From contig OZ237741.1 in assembly GCA_965178125.1 (NCBI GenBank), positions 930,001-994,000 of the forward strand: a stretch of DNA of 64,000 nucleotides, given 5' to 3'. Under the pieces are notes generated by a model. That model did not search any database and was not told the DNA's origin. It was given only the letters and a program-made list of their open reading frames with translations. The position numbers and the translations under genes were made by a program. Every line of letters begins with the position of its first letter. The stretch's first letter is position 1. This DNA comes from Bilabrum cf. latius. Its lineage: Eukaryota. This document shows positions 1-13,300 of the stretch, one piece after another.

Positions 1-1629
1 GACAAGATCAGCGTGCTGAGGTCCTCCGAGGTAGAGTTCCTCGTCAGCTCCAGGGGGTCCCAAATCCGGCTGGACATATCGAATCAGACAAGGACTGAGA
101 GTATCTACGCGTTTGCACTTACGCAGGTCATCATCATCTTGCTTGGTGTCCAGGCTGGCCTCCTCCAGCAAGATGTAGACACTCTGCTGGTGCACCCGCT
201 CGAGAGAATCAGCATGTACTTGCGGCCCATCATGCAGGATGCAATCTCCAACATCAGTGCGAAGAGGAGCGGGCAGGACCAGAGCAACATGCTGACAGGA
301 CAGTCTACGTCGAAGGCGAAGGGCTGGCGAAAGATGCTGGGCCAGGACGATGGCGAGGAGATGAGCACCAAGCTCCTGCTGGCAGCGATCGAGTGCATGC
401 GACGAGACCTGAGCGCCACGGCAAGGCGCAATTTCGCGAGAAAAGAGCTTATGTCGCACCTGAAGCAGGCCGACAAGACGAAGCGGGGCATCAGAAAGAG
501 CATGGTCATGCTCAAAAAGGCGGGTCAGATGGATGAGGAGGGTGGCCTCAGGTTTGTGCCAGTAGCCGATGAAGACGATTTTCTCAGGGCGTATCGTCCG
601 GGGCAGACGAACCAGGGGCGGCTGCTCAGGCCAGCGACCTCCATCATTCCGTACAGCAAGCTAACACGTGTACAGGAAGCCGACGAAGCTGCGGCCGATG
701 AGGAGGAGGACGATGGGGAGGAGGGTGGCCATTCCTCCGAGAGGCACCTGAACGACGGAATGAAGACTGGTGACGGGCACAACAGCGACAGCGGTTCGCA
801 CGGGACTGGCAGCGCTTCGGAAGAGCTTGACCTGGGTATTGGCAACCCTGTTGATGCGTGGTCTCCAGCCGCGACTGGAGGCATTAAGAGCATATCTCGA
901 TCTGGTTCTGCAGCTGGGCAGGCGCCAGCAAGCGCTGCCGCGCCGCGAAATCCGTTTGCTATCGATCTGGATGCGCCTGGGGGCCAGGCACCACTCCTCG
1001 AAGAAGCAGATGTGGAGCAGGGCGGTGGTTCCACCCGAATGATGCAGAGCTAGGAGAGAAAGTCCACGTCGGCAGATGAGGACGGCAGCGGCAGCGGAGG
1101 CAAGGACGAGTTCGGGCTGCTGCCGCTTGAGGCCATGAAGCCACCGACAACTCTCACCAGAGGTGCATCGATGAGAAAGAAGAAAAAGACCGGCAACAGC
1201 AAGTCAAACGAACCGGAACTAACCCTTGGAATCATGTCTCCCTCCCAGCCAGACCCGGCGGGCACTTCGTCCTCGCGTCATCGACGAGGGCAGTCAGGCT
1301 TCACCGCTGGTGGATCGACAGGGTCGCAAGAGGACGGCGACAACGATGACCCCTTCGCGAAAACGATGGGAGCAGGCGGCGGCCTAGATTACACCAAGTT
1401 TGCGGAAGATCCTTTGCTCGCGCCCATTGCCGACGGGCCGACCCCATCCGGGTCGTAGTCCCGCGAGGGCTCCATGTTCGGGGGCTCGGGACGGAAGCTA
1501 GGCACGCTGTCCAGGTCCAGGAGTCGCGGACGGCGGCAGAGAAACAGCCGCAGGAGGATAACGAGGGGCTCCACAAGGGAGCTCGACGATGAGGAGAGGA
1601 TCAAGGTGGATGGGGATCCTGATGCTTGA
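1..1629 (+). CDS. 3' part of a membrane protein: TM helix, LLVHPLERI segment, long disordered tail; 5'-truncated by the window
   Basis: ORFs 13..1053 and 1135..1458 share a frame and are joined through TAG (1051, 1456); first TGA at 1627-1629. The N-terminal part resembles the pre-catalytic membrane segment of protist ion-channel/adenylyl-cyclase proteins (from memory). Confidence 0.65.
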
Positions 1630-1790
1630 TGAGAGGGTAGGGAGGCGGTGTTTACATCCAGGATACACCTCGCTGCGTCCGTCCTGTCCTGCCGCGCGGG
1701 ACACGCCGGTCGCGCTTCACGTCTCATATGGTAGTTTGATTTATATGCCAAGCTGTTTGTTCATCATTTTCGGATCTGCACAGGTGCTTG

Positions 1791-3059
1791 TCACGGCGAG
1801 CCATCCTCGCGTAGGGTCGCCATCCCACTGCGCAGCCTCGAGTTGGTCTGCTCCATCAGCTCGATGACGTCATCATCTCTCCCCGGAACCAGGGAAAAGT
1901 TCGCAGGAATTGTGGCCGACCGCTGGTAAAATTCCCAGCACCACACCAGCGCTGTCGTTATCCCGGTGCGCTTACTTGCATCACCAGGCAAAGCCGACGC
2001 CCCATCGGTCGGTGTTTGGCCGACTGGCCCCAACGACGAGAGCACGGCATGTGCCCAAGGCCTAGCGCCTGGAAGCGGGTCGCCAAACTCGCCCAGTAGA
2101 GGTTGCTTGCCCATGCCTCGAATCGCCTAGTTGAAGATACCAAGGAACGCCGTGTCGTAGGGTGCTACCGGGGTGGTGTTGAACCTGACGTTGCCATCTG
2201 GGCCTGGGTGTGCATACAGGTGCGCAGAGGCGATCTCAAAGGGCTCGTGAATAATGCGGAGGACTTCTTCGAACTGCTCTTGAGTGTCAAGGGTGAAGTC
2301 TTGCTTCCCCGTCGGATAACTCTGCATCAGGTGGAATGCGCTCGACCGTGGCATCGAGTAGCCAGCACTCACGGGGCGATGGTACGGATCCAATCGCGCC
2401 AGAAGGGATACGACATTCTTGCCAAACTGTACGCCAACAGCCGTTGACATGTTGTCAGCCTGCGTTCGCTCGGTGGGCGTTCCTCTTGAAGGTGCAATGC
2501 TCGTTTTCCGTCCTGCCATGTCTAGGTCCATGAGAAGGTTCAGTTCGTTTGTGACTTCCCACGCCACGATGGCTTTCGATGTTCCCACTGCTTCAACCAT
2601 TTCATGAATATAGCGAGACATCAACCCCCAAGTGCTGGAAGTCTCGTCAGCTATCGAGGGGAGAGGCAGCTTTGCCATATCTGGGAAAGCAAACGTGTTC
2701 CAGAAAAGCGTGAGCATCAGGCTGCAATTTGCAGCTTCTGCATCTGATACAGCTGTCTGAACTGCATTCCACCACATTGAAGAGTTTGATTGCCAGATCT
2801 GCATGTCGTCTGGCCAAAATCCTCCCCCAGCTGCCCGTATTGTTGAAAAGCCATTCTAACACGCATGGTGCATCGACTCAATGGCGAAGCTCCTATTTCT
2901 TGGGCTCTAAATCCCCCCACTTGCAGAGGGTAAATAGTGAAATAGCAAGTCGATCGCATCAACTCCAACGCCGACCGGAAGCCCACCTTCTGTTTCCGAG
3001 CGTGCAAGTGCATCTGCTGCGCACAAGGCCACCAACACACGCGCAATCACCCCTTTCAT
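1791..3059 (-). CDS. Secreted glycoside hydrolase, GH5-like (clan GH-A)
   Basis: Signal peptide MKGVIARVLVALCAADALA; acid/base motif AWEVTNE; nucleophile motif LLGEFG. The two catalytic Glu lie in ORFs separated by TAG 2127. Three in-frame TAG; ends TGA. Confidence 0.85.
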
Positions 3060-3302
3060 ACTTTGAGCAGTATCCTGTGCAGAGGCCTCGCGGATCCGTG
3101 CGAAATGTGTGGAAAAAGTATTGATCTACTAGTAGATTCTCCTGCCAACAATAGAAACCGGACTTCGGAACCGGAACCCCGGGGCTACGGTACGAAAAAA
3201 AGAGGACCTGATCGCACAACAAGCGAATTGATGCAAAGGTGCATCATATAAACAACAACACATGGGACCAGCGGGCGATGGTCGCCCCAGACCACTCAGG
3301 AT

Positions 3303-4805
3303 TCAGTGGAACGCCCGGAGAAGATGCGCGACAGTTTTCCTGTCCTGCTCGCTCATTTCGCCCGCTACCCGCTGCACATCTGCAACAACACTTCGCTTGG
3401 TGGCATAGGGCGCCCGACGTCGTCCTGTTGCGCCCACAGTCCACCCACCCGAGCCGCTAGGAAGCATCGTGCTCGGTTTCGTCACGAACTGGGAGGCATC
3501 CCCGACCTAAACTCTTTGCCGGGCGCCGGCCCCTTGCATAGCTCCCAGAGCCAACGCAGAACCTCTTCGAACGTCCCTTGCAGATTCCGCAGAGCCTGCT
3601 TGCTCCCTGACTGCTGCGAGCGGTTCGCTCGCCGGCGGGAAATGGGAGGTGTCTGCTGGGTGCGTGACCCGCGGGACAAAGGCTGGGCTCAGTCCGCCGC
3701 GAGCCGCCAACTCCCAATCGATCCCCTCAAAATAGCGCAAGTGCTTCAATTCCCCCAGTCGTCGCGGTCGCTTGTCGGGGTTCGGATGCATGCAAGCGAG
3801 CACGAGCTCTTTCACATCAGAAGGGATCCCCGCCGGCCACCTGAACCGGCCCTAGGCTGCGGCAGCCTACAGCACGCTGCCGGCGCTTGACATGGAGCCA
3901 AAAGGTGTGGAACCCGTGGTGATCTCGCAGGCCAGCGCTCCGAAGGCCCACCAGTCCGTGCTCGTGTCGATGGAGTCGAGCCATGACGCGTGCTCCTGGG
4001 CTAGGCCTTGCCCGCTGCCAGTGGGCTCAGCCTGGGTGACCCCAGCGGCTGGTCCAGGGATTGTCCACGCTGCCTTGGCTTGGGGCTAGCTTGGTCTGAC
4101 CTTGCGATCCGCGCGCTAAGAAGGTTTTTCCTTCGGTTTGACTGGGCACACGTGATAGGCGGGCAGCTGGGGTAGCTGCTCCCCAACGGGGGAGCCTACC
4201 GCCGGCTCCGACTGGCGACCGCGCAGAACGCTGTCTGAGTAATCGACCAGCCGAACATGACCCAGCGTGTCAAAAAGTATGTGGTCCCTGCACAATGACC
4301 TGTAGATCACCCCAGCGCTGTGAATTGCATCCAAGCCGCACGCAATCTCTGCTAGCAGACCTATACACAGGCTGGCAGGGATGGATCTCCCGGGCAGTCG
4401 CGGAAAATGAGTCGATAGCGGCCCGCCAGGTACAAATTCCATCACGATATGGGCTTGCTCTCGTGAAACAAGCCCGCCAAAGCATGCCGGGGTGAAAGGG
4501 CTGTGTAACTTGTCAACGGCTGCCAGCACCCTTAACTCATTCCTGGCTTTCTATGCTCCTGCCACTGTGGCTGGGTAAGACTTTCCAACGGCAAAGTCTC
4601 TTGTTACATAATGCTAAATTAGCTTCGTCATGGACGTTAGACCTAAGCATAGGTGCTCCTGCGGCTCCACGTATTTCGAGTTGCTGTTGCTTGCATCCAG
4701 CCACCTAGCTAACGCTTCGGCCCGGTGCTTGCGCTTTGCAAGCTGCTGTATTTTTGGACTATTCTGAAGTATTCCATTAGCATTTGTGCTCGCACAACAA
4801 CCCAT
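3303..4805 (-). CDS. AGC-group (PKA-like) kinase-fold protein, probable pseudokinase, with N-terminal MGCC acylation motif
   Basis: One frame through 7 TAG: NELRVL, IVMEFVPGG, YRSLCRDHIL, LVDYS, DWWAFG, and the AGC C-tail YFEGIDW...PAFVP...DTSHF. Ends TGA 3303. Confidence 0.85.
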
Positions 4806-4951
4806 GCGATGTCACATACTAGAGTGCTTTTCGCTACGGTAGTTTTGCACTCATAACAACACTTTATAAACGAAGAAATACAGATTTTGCGAGACGTTTG
4901 CTCGGGCTCACGATCATGTCGCTCACGATCATGTCGCATGATCAGATGATC

Positions 4952-6148
4952 ATGGAGAGACCAATTGATCCTAAAGTTCGAAACATTGATCTTAAATCAC
5001 TGCAGGACAGCCAGGCCCGATTTGCAACGGCCTAGTAGCAGTACGTGGACTCGCACACATCATCAGCTATGCTCGAAGCTTTGCAAGGACCTGCCCCGTT
5101 TGCAGCAGTGAAGGATTCTGCAGCATTGTCAACATATCGTGAGAGAAATGCGTTGTTGACCGTCTTGCAGCTCTTTGGAATGAGACAACCGGGGCTAGCT
5201 TCAGAGTATTCCCGGACCGCACCCGCAGGCGCACAAGTAGATGCAGTAAAGAAATCAATCGAAGGAGATCTGTCGGAAGTTTCCTCACAGCGATAGATAT
5301 TGCGAGATGTTTCGCATTAGTTTGCAACATCATACGGCTCGGCATAGCGCAAGCAGCAAGAGCTTGTTGATGTCAAGTCAGAAATCGCGGCCTTGAGAGC
5401 TGAACTAGCAGGCGGTATTCCTTGCGAATCGGACAGCACCTCTCTTGGTTCTTCATTGCACACATCCGTTCCAATGTCGGATGCTCCTGCTGGAGGCGAG
5501 TCCTCAGAGCTCGCTGAGGCCAAGCGAGCAACGGCTGAAGCAGTTGCGTCTGCCTCGGCTGCCGAAAGGCGAGCCATCGACGCAAAGGAGCGCGCATCCG
5601 CAGTCACAAACGCAGCAGAATCAGCAGAAGCGAGGGCGGCAGCGCTCGAGCGCGCTGCCAGTGAGCGAGCGAGCAGGCAAGTGTCCAGCGCACAGCAGGT
5701 CGCAAACGCGAAGGCGTGGTATGAGGCGGCGGCAGAGGCCGGGGACCGCCTCCTGGGAGTGAAGGTCCTTGAGGCACATGCGGAGAGGGTGTGTCTGCAG
5801 GTGAGGGGTAAGGGCGGGCCCAGGCGGCTAGCGATCGGCTTGCGATCGGTGAAGGGCAGGCGGGCAGCAGGAGGCGGCAGGGCCCAGGGCACGAGCTCTG
5901 GCGCTGGCGCTGGCGCTGCCCTCGGGGCCCCATCCGCTACGGATCCCAGCGGGTATGGCGGGGTTCTGCAGGAATCGATTCCGGTTTGGGCAACAATCAC
6001 GCTGCCTGGGAGGGATTAGGAGGACGAAGAAGCGGCTGGTGGCTGGCTGGATGCTGCGGTGGACGCCGCGGCCGCGCTGCACGGCGACTCGGCTCCGGCG
6101 ATCCCCGCAGCGCAATGGGTCGTGCTCGAAGTTCTCAAGAGGATCTAA
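4952..6148 (+). CDS. Coiled-coil protein of unknown function (Zwint/Kre28-like architecture is only a guess)
   Basis: ORFs 5045..5296 and 5393..6019 are in frame through TAGs, including GCC TAG TAG CAG (A-Q-Q-Q). Ends TAA 6146-6148. Start is ambiguous (in-frame ATGs 4916-4952). Confidence 0.65.
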
Positions 6149-6326
6149 TGGAGGCTTACTGACAACTTCGGCGTACTATTCTTCGCACTCTTTCTCTGTT
6201 CTTGGCTACAGCCATTCCGAGTCAATCCAGCAGTCGACACGTTGTTGTTGGTGGTGCTCGTTCTCGACACAATTGATGCAATCCAAGAGGATCTGCCGTG
6301 ACATCTATCCGTGATAGTGCTTTCAA

Positions 6327-9300
6327 ATGCCCAAATCGAAAGCACGCGCGCTTCTGAGAAAGAAGAAACAGGATCGGGGACGGCCGCCGTCTGTCGACGC
6401 CCTGCGTACTTGCATGCATAGCGTTTGCGAAGCGTCAGTTGCTTTCCCCATCGAAGCTCCCGTAGTTGCCAAGTCTCCATTTATGGAACCAGTATCATTG
6501 AGACCTGGGGAGATGGAGCACTGGCAGGTGATCACAGCTCGGCTGTCGAAGGCGAAAAGGTCCAGCTCTGCGATCCGAAGGCTGGAATCGAGCGGATTTT
6601 TGGGCCTGGCTCTCGATTCCGAGATGAGATTAGATCCGAAAGAGTTCGAGAAGCACGGCCTGCGAGACGGGTGGGCTCGGCTGGCGCCGGCGGCGATTCA
6701 CGGATGCGGGGACGGTGAGTCTGCAAAGCTCAGGGCCGGATTGTACCGCCTCTGCACGAATTCGTTAAGCCCTTGCCTGAATGCAGGATGCACCATGCTG
6801 CATCTAGTAGGACTGAGCGGGTCGCGAGACGACTCTGTGGCACTCATGCGTGTGATTGACAGCGTTCTCGAGTCTCGCTCTGGCAGACCCGAAGCAGTTC
6901 TAAAGCTCGCTCGGGCGCTGGAGAGCAGTAGCGCAGGACTTGGCATGAATGTACTGCATTGTGCCGCAGTACACGGCTCTAGGCAATGGACCCTGACGCT
7001 GGTCAGGACGGTGCTCGAGCTTCTGCAGATCAGGCTCGTGGCACGCGGGCAGCAGCAGCTCGCGTTCGAAGACGCTTCCGCATCGCCTCCGAGGGCCCAT
7101 GATGCCGCGGAAGGAGCAGAGGTACCTGCAGATGACTCAAGTGCAGCGACTTCCAGGGAGGAATAGTGCTCCTTGGAATCTCGCGTGTCGGCGTTTCGCC
7201 GCTGGATCAACGCAGAGGTCACGCCGGCAGATGCCGCCTTCGAAGCGGCCAGCTGGGGCCCAGGGGCGCCTGGCTTGCATCCGTCGGCTGACGCAGCGAG
7301 AGTCGCTCTGCTGGAACGGCAAGAGAAGCGCGGGCCATCGCTGCTGGATACTGTGCGCGCGATGCTGGGTACGCCTCAGAGCGAGCCCGAGGACCCTGCC
7401 GGCCAAGTAGGCCGGCAAGTCCCTGTGTGGTCCGCAGCAGAGGCTGCAGCGATGGAACGCGGGGAGTCTGTCGGATCTGTAGGATCGTTGGGTGACGGGG
7501 ATGCATCGGACCCGTCTACGGGCTTGCCCATATCGAGGCAGTGCTGGCAGTAGATTCGCAGGGCCCTTCCAGGCCCAGGTGGCGAAGGATCCGACATGCT
7601 CTCGTACGGCGGCGTCGGTACTCGGGATGCGACCATGGCCGCATTGGAGGAGCATGCCAGGCGGTTGTTGTCAGACAGGGACCGGACCTGCAAGCCCGGT
7701 CATGACCCGCGATGGTACTACTCCGAGTCTTGCGCGCGCGCCGTGCTGCAGGAACCTGACCTGTCAGCCCCTCCCACAGCGGTGTGCATGTCGGCAAGGG
7801 CCATCGCACCGGAAGGATCCACGGCGCTTGGACTGGCTGCATTGCACTGCAAGAGCGCAACTGTTCGTTTGCTAGTGCTGCTCGGCGCATGCGCCGACCA
7901 GGAGGACCCGGATCTCCTGAGCGGAGAGGGCCCGCTTCACCTGGCCTGCAGGTGCAGCCGCTAGGCCAGCATGCTGCCCTGCCTGAGCAAAACCGAGACC
8001 AGCCGCATGTACATGGACGCAGTCGGCCAGGTGCCCGGGCATGTGGCATGGGAGAAGGAGAAGAAGGGGGAAGCGTACGGAGGAGTCTCCGATGGTGCGG
8101 CTGCCAAGGCCCGGGCCAGCCTGCGCGAGCAGCAGCGTGAGCTTAGGAAGCAGGTCCAGTATGCTGGTGGACTGTCCATGGCTGAGCTGATGAGTGCGGC
8201 TCAGGGCCATGTGGACGACGCAGGCTCGAGCGAGGCCGCAGTTGCTGGATCTGAAGGTGAGGTTGGACCTACTAGTGTGTCTAGCGGGGCAGTACCCGGT
8301 GCCGGTGCACGAGTTGCTGAAGCAACTGGGCTGCCTCCCCAGGTGCACGCTGCGCTAAGCGGCGTGCTGGCGGAGGATCCCGCAGGGACGGGGGGCGTCA
8401 CGTCCACGCGTGAGACTTTAGGTCTTCCGCTCCGACGCGACGGCCGAGACACAGTCGCAATGGTGCTGCACGCAGCGAAGATCGTGACCGGCGCTTTGCA
8501 GAGCGCCGCGGCCGTTGGATTGCATGAGCCGCACAGCAGCGCGCACAGCCGAGTGAAGGACCTGGCGTGGAACATTGCCCACTTGCTTGCAGCCGGAGCA
8601 AGCGCAGACAGCTGCATGGAAGGGGGCTGGAGCCCGCTCATGGTGCTGTGCTGGGCAGGGCATGGTGGCCACCCCCTGCCTCTCGCCGCTCTGCTGAGCT
8701 CCGGTTGCACAGCCAGAGTACCGCTGGAGCAATCCGTCAATCCAATGAATTTGCAGAACGCGCTTCACATGCTGTTCCAGGCAGCGGCGGGCTTTGTGGG
8801 AGGCGAGCCAGGCCTGGACGGGGCACTAGCGCCGAGCATCGCCTTACTGCTGCAGTATGGCGGGGCAGATGCGTGCTTGGCGCGGGATTCGCAAGGCCAG
8901 ACTCCGCTGCACTTGGTGCCTGACAGCGTAGGGCTGGCGTTGATTGCGCTTCACGTGGAGCTGAGACGCCTGGGGTAGCAGCAGGCGCATCAACGCGTGA
9001 CTGAGGCGATGGGCCGACCCGAAGACTCTGGTGCTGTGTCAAGGCCTGCTAGGGCCGGTACCGGAGCATCGACAGTATTGGATGCGGCACGTCCTGCTGT
9101 TGACATGTTCTACCTCATCCAGCGAGATGAAGAAGGCATGCTCCCAGTGGATCGCAGCGCCGGCCTGTCTTGGAGGTGCATGCAGGTACACAAGCAGCTC
9201 ACTGCCCCCGGGTTCAGAGCCACGGACTGGTTGCCCGAGTCAAAATCACTGCAAGGCGTGTTTGATCGCGGATCTGCAAGGCCCTCAGGCGGTGCGACCG

Positions 9301-10199
9301 GTGAGGACTTCAGGGTGGTTTCTATGAGCCCGAGGGAAGAGATGCTAGGTGCATTTGCCATCGACGAGGTGCGTCACTGTGCCCCTGCCGCTTTACGCAT
9401 GGCTGCAAAGCAGCAGCCGTGGCAATGGATCGATTCTGACTTCAGGCTGCTAGAAGCGGTGGAGTACGTACTTAGCTACTTTCCACGGTGCCAGCAACTG
9501 CGGTTGTTCTACCCGTAGCGGCGTCAATTCCAAGTGTATGAGTGGCAAGAGTAGTATCGGTTTGAAGCAGGGTTGCTTCGAGACAGGGACTCTCACAGGC
9601 TGCAGGATGAGCTGGGCGCCAGGCTGCTGGCTCACATGTCCTATGGGGGCGTCAATGCGGATCGTGCGACCAAGGTTGGCTTTGAGGATGGAACATCCAC
9701 AACTCAGTATGAGCTGCGATGCCAGTGGGCCACGGGCGGAGATGCTGACAGAATCAGTGATCTTACTTATATAGACTAGGGTGTTGGAGTCGAACTTCAG
9801 CCGCTCCTGCGATTGTGTGATGCCAGCGTGCACGACTAGACGACTCTTGGCACTGGCGACTCCGCAACCAAGGCGATCTAGGTTGCGCCCGGGGCCGCCG
9901 CAGTTGCTGCAATGCTGCACATCGGCAGTTTGACCGCAGCAATAGACATCAAGAATGAACTGACTTACTACTTGAAGCAGCTGCGTAGGCTAGTGAACGT
10001 GCCTGCTTGCGCGCACCTGTCCCTTGCAACGGCTGGCTGGCTGACGAAACGGTCCAAGTGGTCGCCGCGGCGCGTATGGGCGGTGGAGTGGCGGGCAGCT
10101 GTGGGGCAAGCCCGTCGGGAGCGCGAGTTAGCTGTCGTGCAGCAGGCCCTGAATGACAAGCTGCGTCGGTCCCGCCACGGGGGTCAAGCCCCGAAGTAA
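6327..10199 (+). CDS. Large ankyrin-repeat protein (about 1290 aa)
   Basis: Seven ORF-track fragments share a frame and are separated only by TAG. Ankyrin-like motifs GMNVLHCAA, GEGPLHLAC, GWSPLMVLC, QNALHML, GQTPLHL. Ends TAA. Confidence 0.8.
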
Positions 10200-10383
10200 G
10201 CATGAAGCCGTGGTGACATGCGGATTTCGGATCCGGGTGAGTCCAGGGTGTCCGGATTTTTTGGTGCACGGTTTGCGGCAATTGCCAGTCGCTATAATTG
10301 AAAACATTTGGTATCCAGAAGCGTTGCAGGGATTCAAACTCTCACAACAGTGGAATTACTGACCATTGGGTGACCCAACCAGG

Positions 10384-13300
10384 TTAGACCGACTTGCCCT
10401 GCCACGCCTTGACAGCAGCAGTCGCGAATTGCTCAAAAGCTTCGTTCACGGCGTCCTCTGCGATGCGCTCCTCCACCGACAAAAGCGTGCTAGAGGTCCT
10501 CGAAGGTGCCACCAGAGTCACCTGCGGAGATCCTCCGCTGTACCTCGACTCGAACAGCCACCTGTGATCCAGAGACAGGTTCAGCTCGCATGCCTTCCCA
10601 TGCAGCTTGGTTGGAGTACTGCCTCCAGATGCAGCCCCTGACTCTGCTATCCTTTCCCAAGTTGACCGTCTCGTCTCCACGGGCAGCACCCCGGCGGACC
10701 GCCCTCGCACTCGAGCCAGGATGGCGCTCATCGAGGCTGCGGGCCCAGACCCCGGCATGCCAAGCACGGGCCTCGACTCGCGAGACGAGGCATAGCCCAG
10801 CCTTCCCTTGCCTGACCGCGATTCGGCGAGCTCGCTGATGGATCCACCGGATGCAGACGCGCTAACTAAATGCGGCAGCAGCACCGCGCCCTCCGCCACG
10901 TTGGCAAGGACATCGATGGCCTCTCTCGACACCTTGCCCTCCTCGCGCAGCTTGCGGATTATCTTTACGGCCTGAATGGCACCGAAGGCCTGCCTGAGCT
11001 CAGCTCGCGCAGTGTCGGCATCAGCCCAGGCTAGTCGGTTGGGTAACCCACCGCCCGAGGCCATCCCACTGCTTGGTACTCCCAGCGGGCGACCGGCGTT
11101 AGGATCGCCCCCTCTATCCAGCCAAGCTAGGACCTGCTTGGGTTCTGGAGCCATGCGAAACATGCACAGCGCCGCTGGGGCTGAGCTTCTCTGCTTCACG
11201 AGTGGGCTCGCTGCGGGTGCCCGTCTCGATGGGACAGAAGGCGACTGCACCACTGTCTAGCGAGCAGCGGCGGCCTTCTCCTCAGGGGTTCTTGGAATCA
11301 TCGGGTGGAGGCCAGAGCCACCCGATCGAGGGCTATACCTCCGGAACAGATCAGCGCCAGAGGCCGCTGCATCGGCAGGTGAAGAGCGCGCGGAGCGGTC
11401 AGCAGATGGGGTGGCAGGGGCGCTGCCAGCCACCGGCAGTCGCGGCACACCACCGTTGCCACCGGCGACAACCTCGCCGCCATTTCCAGAATGAGAACCG
11501 CCGGCTGCTTCGATGTCGTCGTCGCCAATTTCAATTTCGCTGCCGCTGTCATCAGGGTAGTCCTCATCGTCCTCGTCCTCCTCTTCGGACGGACCGAACT
11601 TGCCCTCACCCCTCCACGCAGTATGAAAGACTGGGTCTCGAGGCAGCCTGAAGCGTACGTTTCCCTATATCATGGCCTCTTGAAGCTGGCAGTACCACAC
11701 CCGCCCTTCCTCAGCGGCCATCCGCGCCTACTCTTCCTCTGCACCCCACAGTGGGTCTGGCAAATCAAACACCTATGCTGGAAATTCCGCAGCGGCCGTA
11801 GCCTCCTCCCCTTCAGCGGTTGGCTGCGCTGCTCCTTCGGAGGCCTCATTTCGAGCTCTAGCAGCCACGCTATCGCTCCTCGTGTTCCCCGCACCTTCTT
11901 CCCCCCGTTGCGGTGGAACACCATCTTGGTCCGACGGGGGCACCGCTGACTCTACGGGCTTCTGTGGCAGCCGTGCCTGCTCCGTTGGCGGGTGGGGAGA
12001 CATCAAATACGCTGGCGGCGGGACTGCTCCCTTTGGAGGCGCGGGTGCTGCCGTTCGCTTGGCTGATTCCTGCCCAGCATCGTCGCGTGGCGGCTGGTCG
12101 TGTTCTTTCGCGGCCGATGGTGGTACTGCTGCCTTTTCGATACCGTCTTCAGACTGCGCTGCCTGCTTGGCAGCCTGCGCATCCAACGCAGACATCGCCT
12201 GGCCAGCGATTACCCTTTGCGCTTGCCTGGCCGCCCACGCCATCGCAGTCTGTCGCACCCCAGGGTCGGTGATGTCTCTGCCAGCCTTCTCCAGAGCAGC
12301 GATGGCTCTTTGAAACTGCATCCTGACCTCTTTGGCCACGTCAACCTGGGAGGTGGATGCATCTTCGTCAACTGCTGATGATGGAAGGCCGCTCTGGCCC
12401 GGCGCCTTGGAACTTGCCGAAGCTCGAGATTCCGATTCCGAGCGATCGGCTGTACTATCGTTATCGTTGGCGGGGCGACCAGCTTCGGGCCTGTGCTGTG
12501 CATCCTGCTCGTCTGTACCTGGAGCCTTTGGCCCAGGCGCGTGTTCGCCGGGCTGCTGCCGTTTGGATGTGCCCACCACCTCCACACGATCAGCTTTGGG
12601 TTCCTCTACATCCACTGCGCGCCTCGCTGCGGACCCGGCCGCGATGCCGCCCGCATTTCCGCTGTGCGAGCTGGCCTCCGCTGGTGCAGAATCATGTACA
12701 ACCGCTCCAGACTCTGAGGTCTCATGGTCTCCCTGCACGCTACCGTCTCCCGCATCAGACGCGCTATCAAGCACGAGGTCAGCATGCCGTTCCCACGCGC
12801 CGGCATCCATCCAATCTGGGTGCCCCGCCTCCCCGCCAGCCCCCATCGAGGAAGCTACCACCGAGCCCGCCCTGCTTGCGTACCCACTAGCACCTGTGTA
12901 CGTACCACCGTATTCAGAGGAGCCTCCAGACCAGGGCTACGTCTCATCCTCGTCTCCTGCACCCACTGATGGCCTGCCGCTTCCCCCCGATACAGCTCCG
13001 CCGTGCGAATGCTGGTGGTGGTGGCGACCGCCGTCTCCCTCCACCGAGCTATCGTCCTCTTCGATCTCGTCGTCAGGAATGTAAGCACCGTCTGCAAGCT
13101 CCAGACCCACGACGATCTCCCTAGCCTTGCTGCCACTTGCAGAGGCCTCCTCTACACCACCCCCTTGCAGCAGTCGCACGCGTACCGGACCCGCTTCTCT
13201 AGTGCCCTCCGCCTCGTCATCCACCTCGGCTTCCGCATCAGCCCTCGATCCCCTGGCCGTGCCCCAAACGGGCAGCTTTGACTTGAGCTTCCTGCACACC

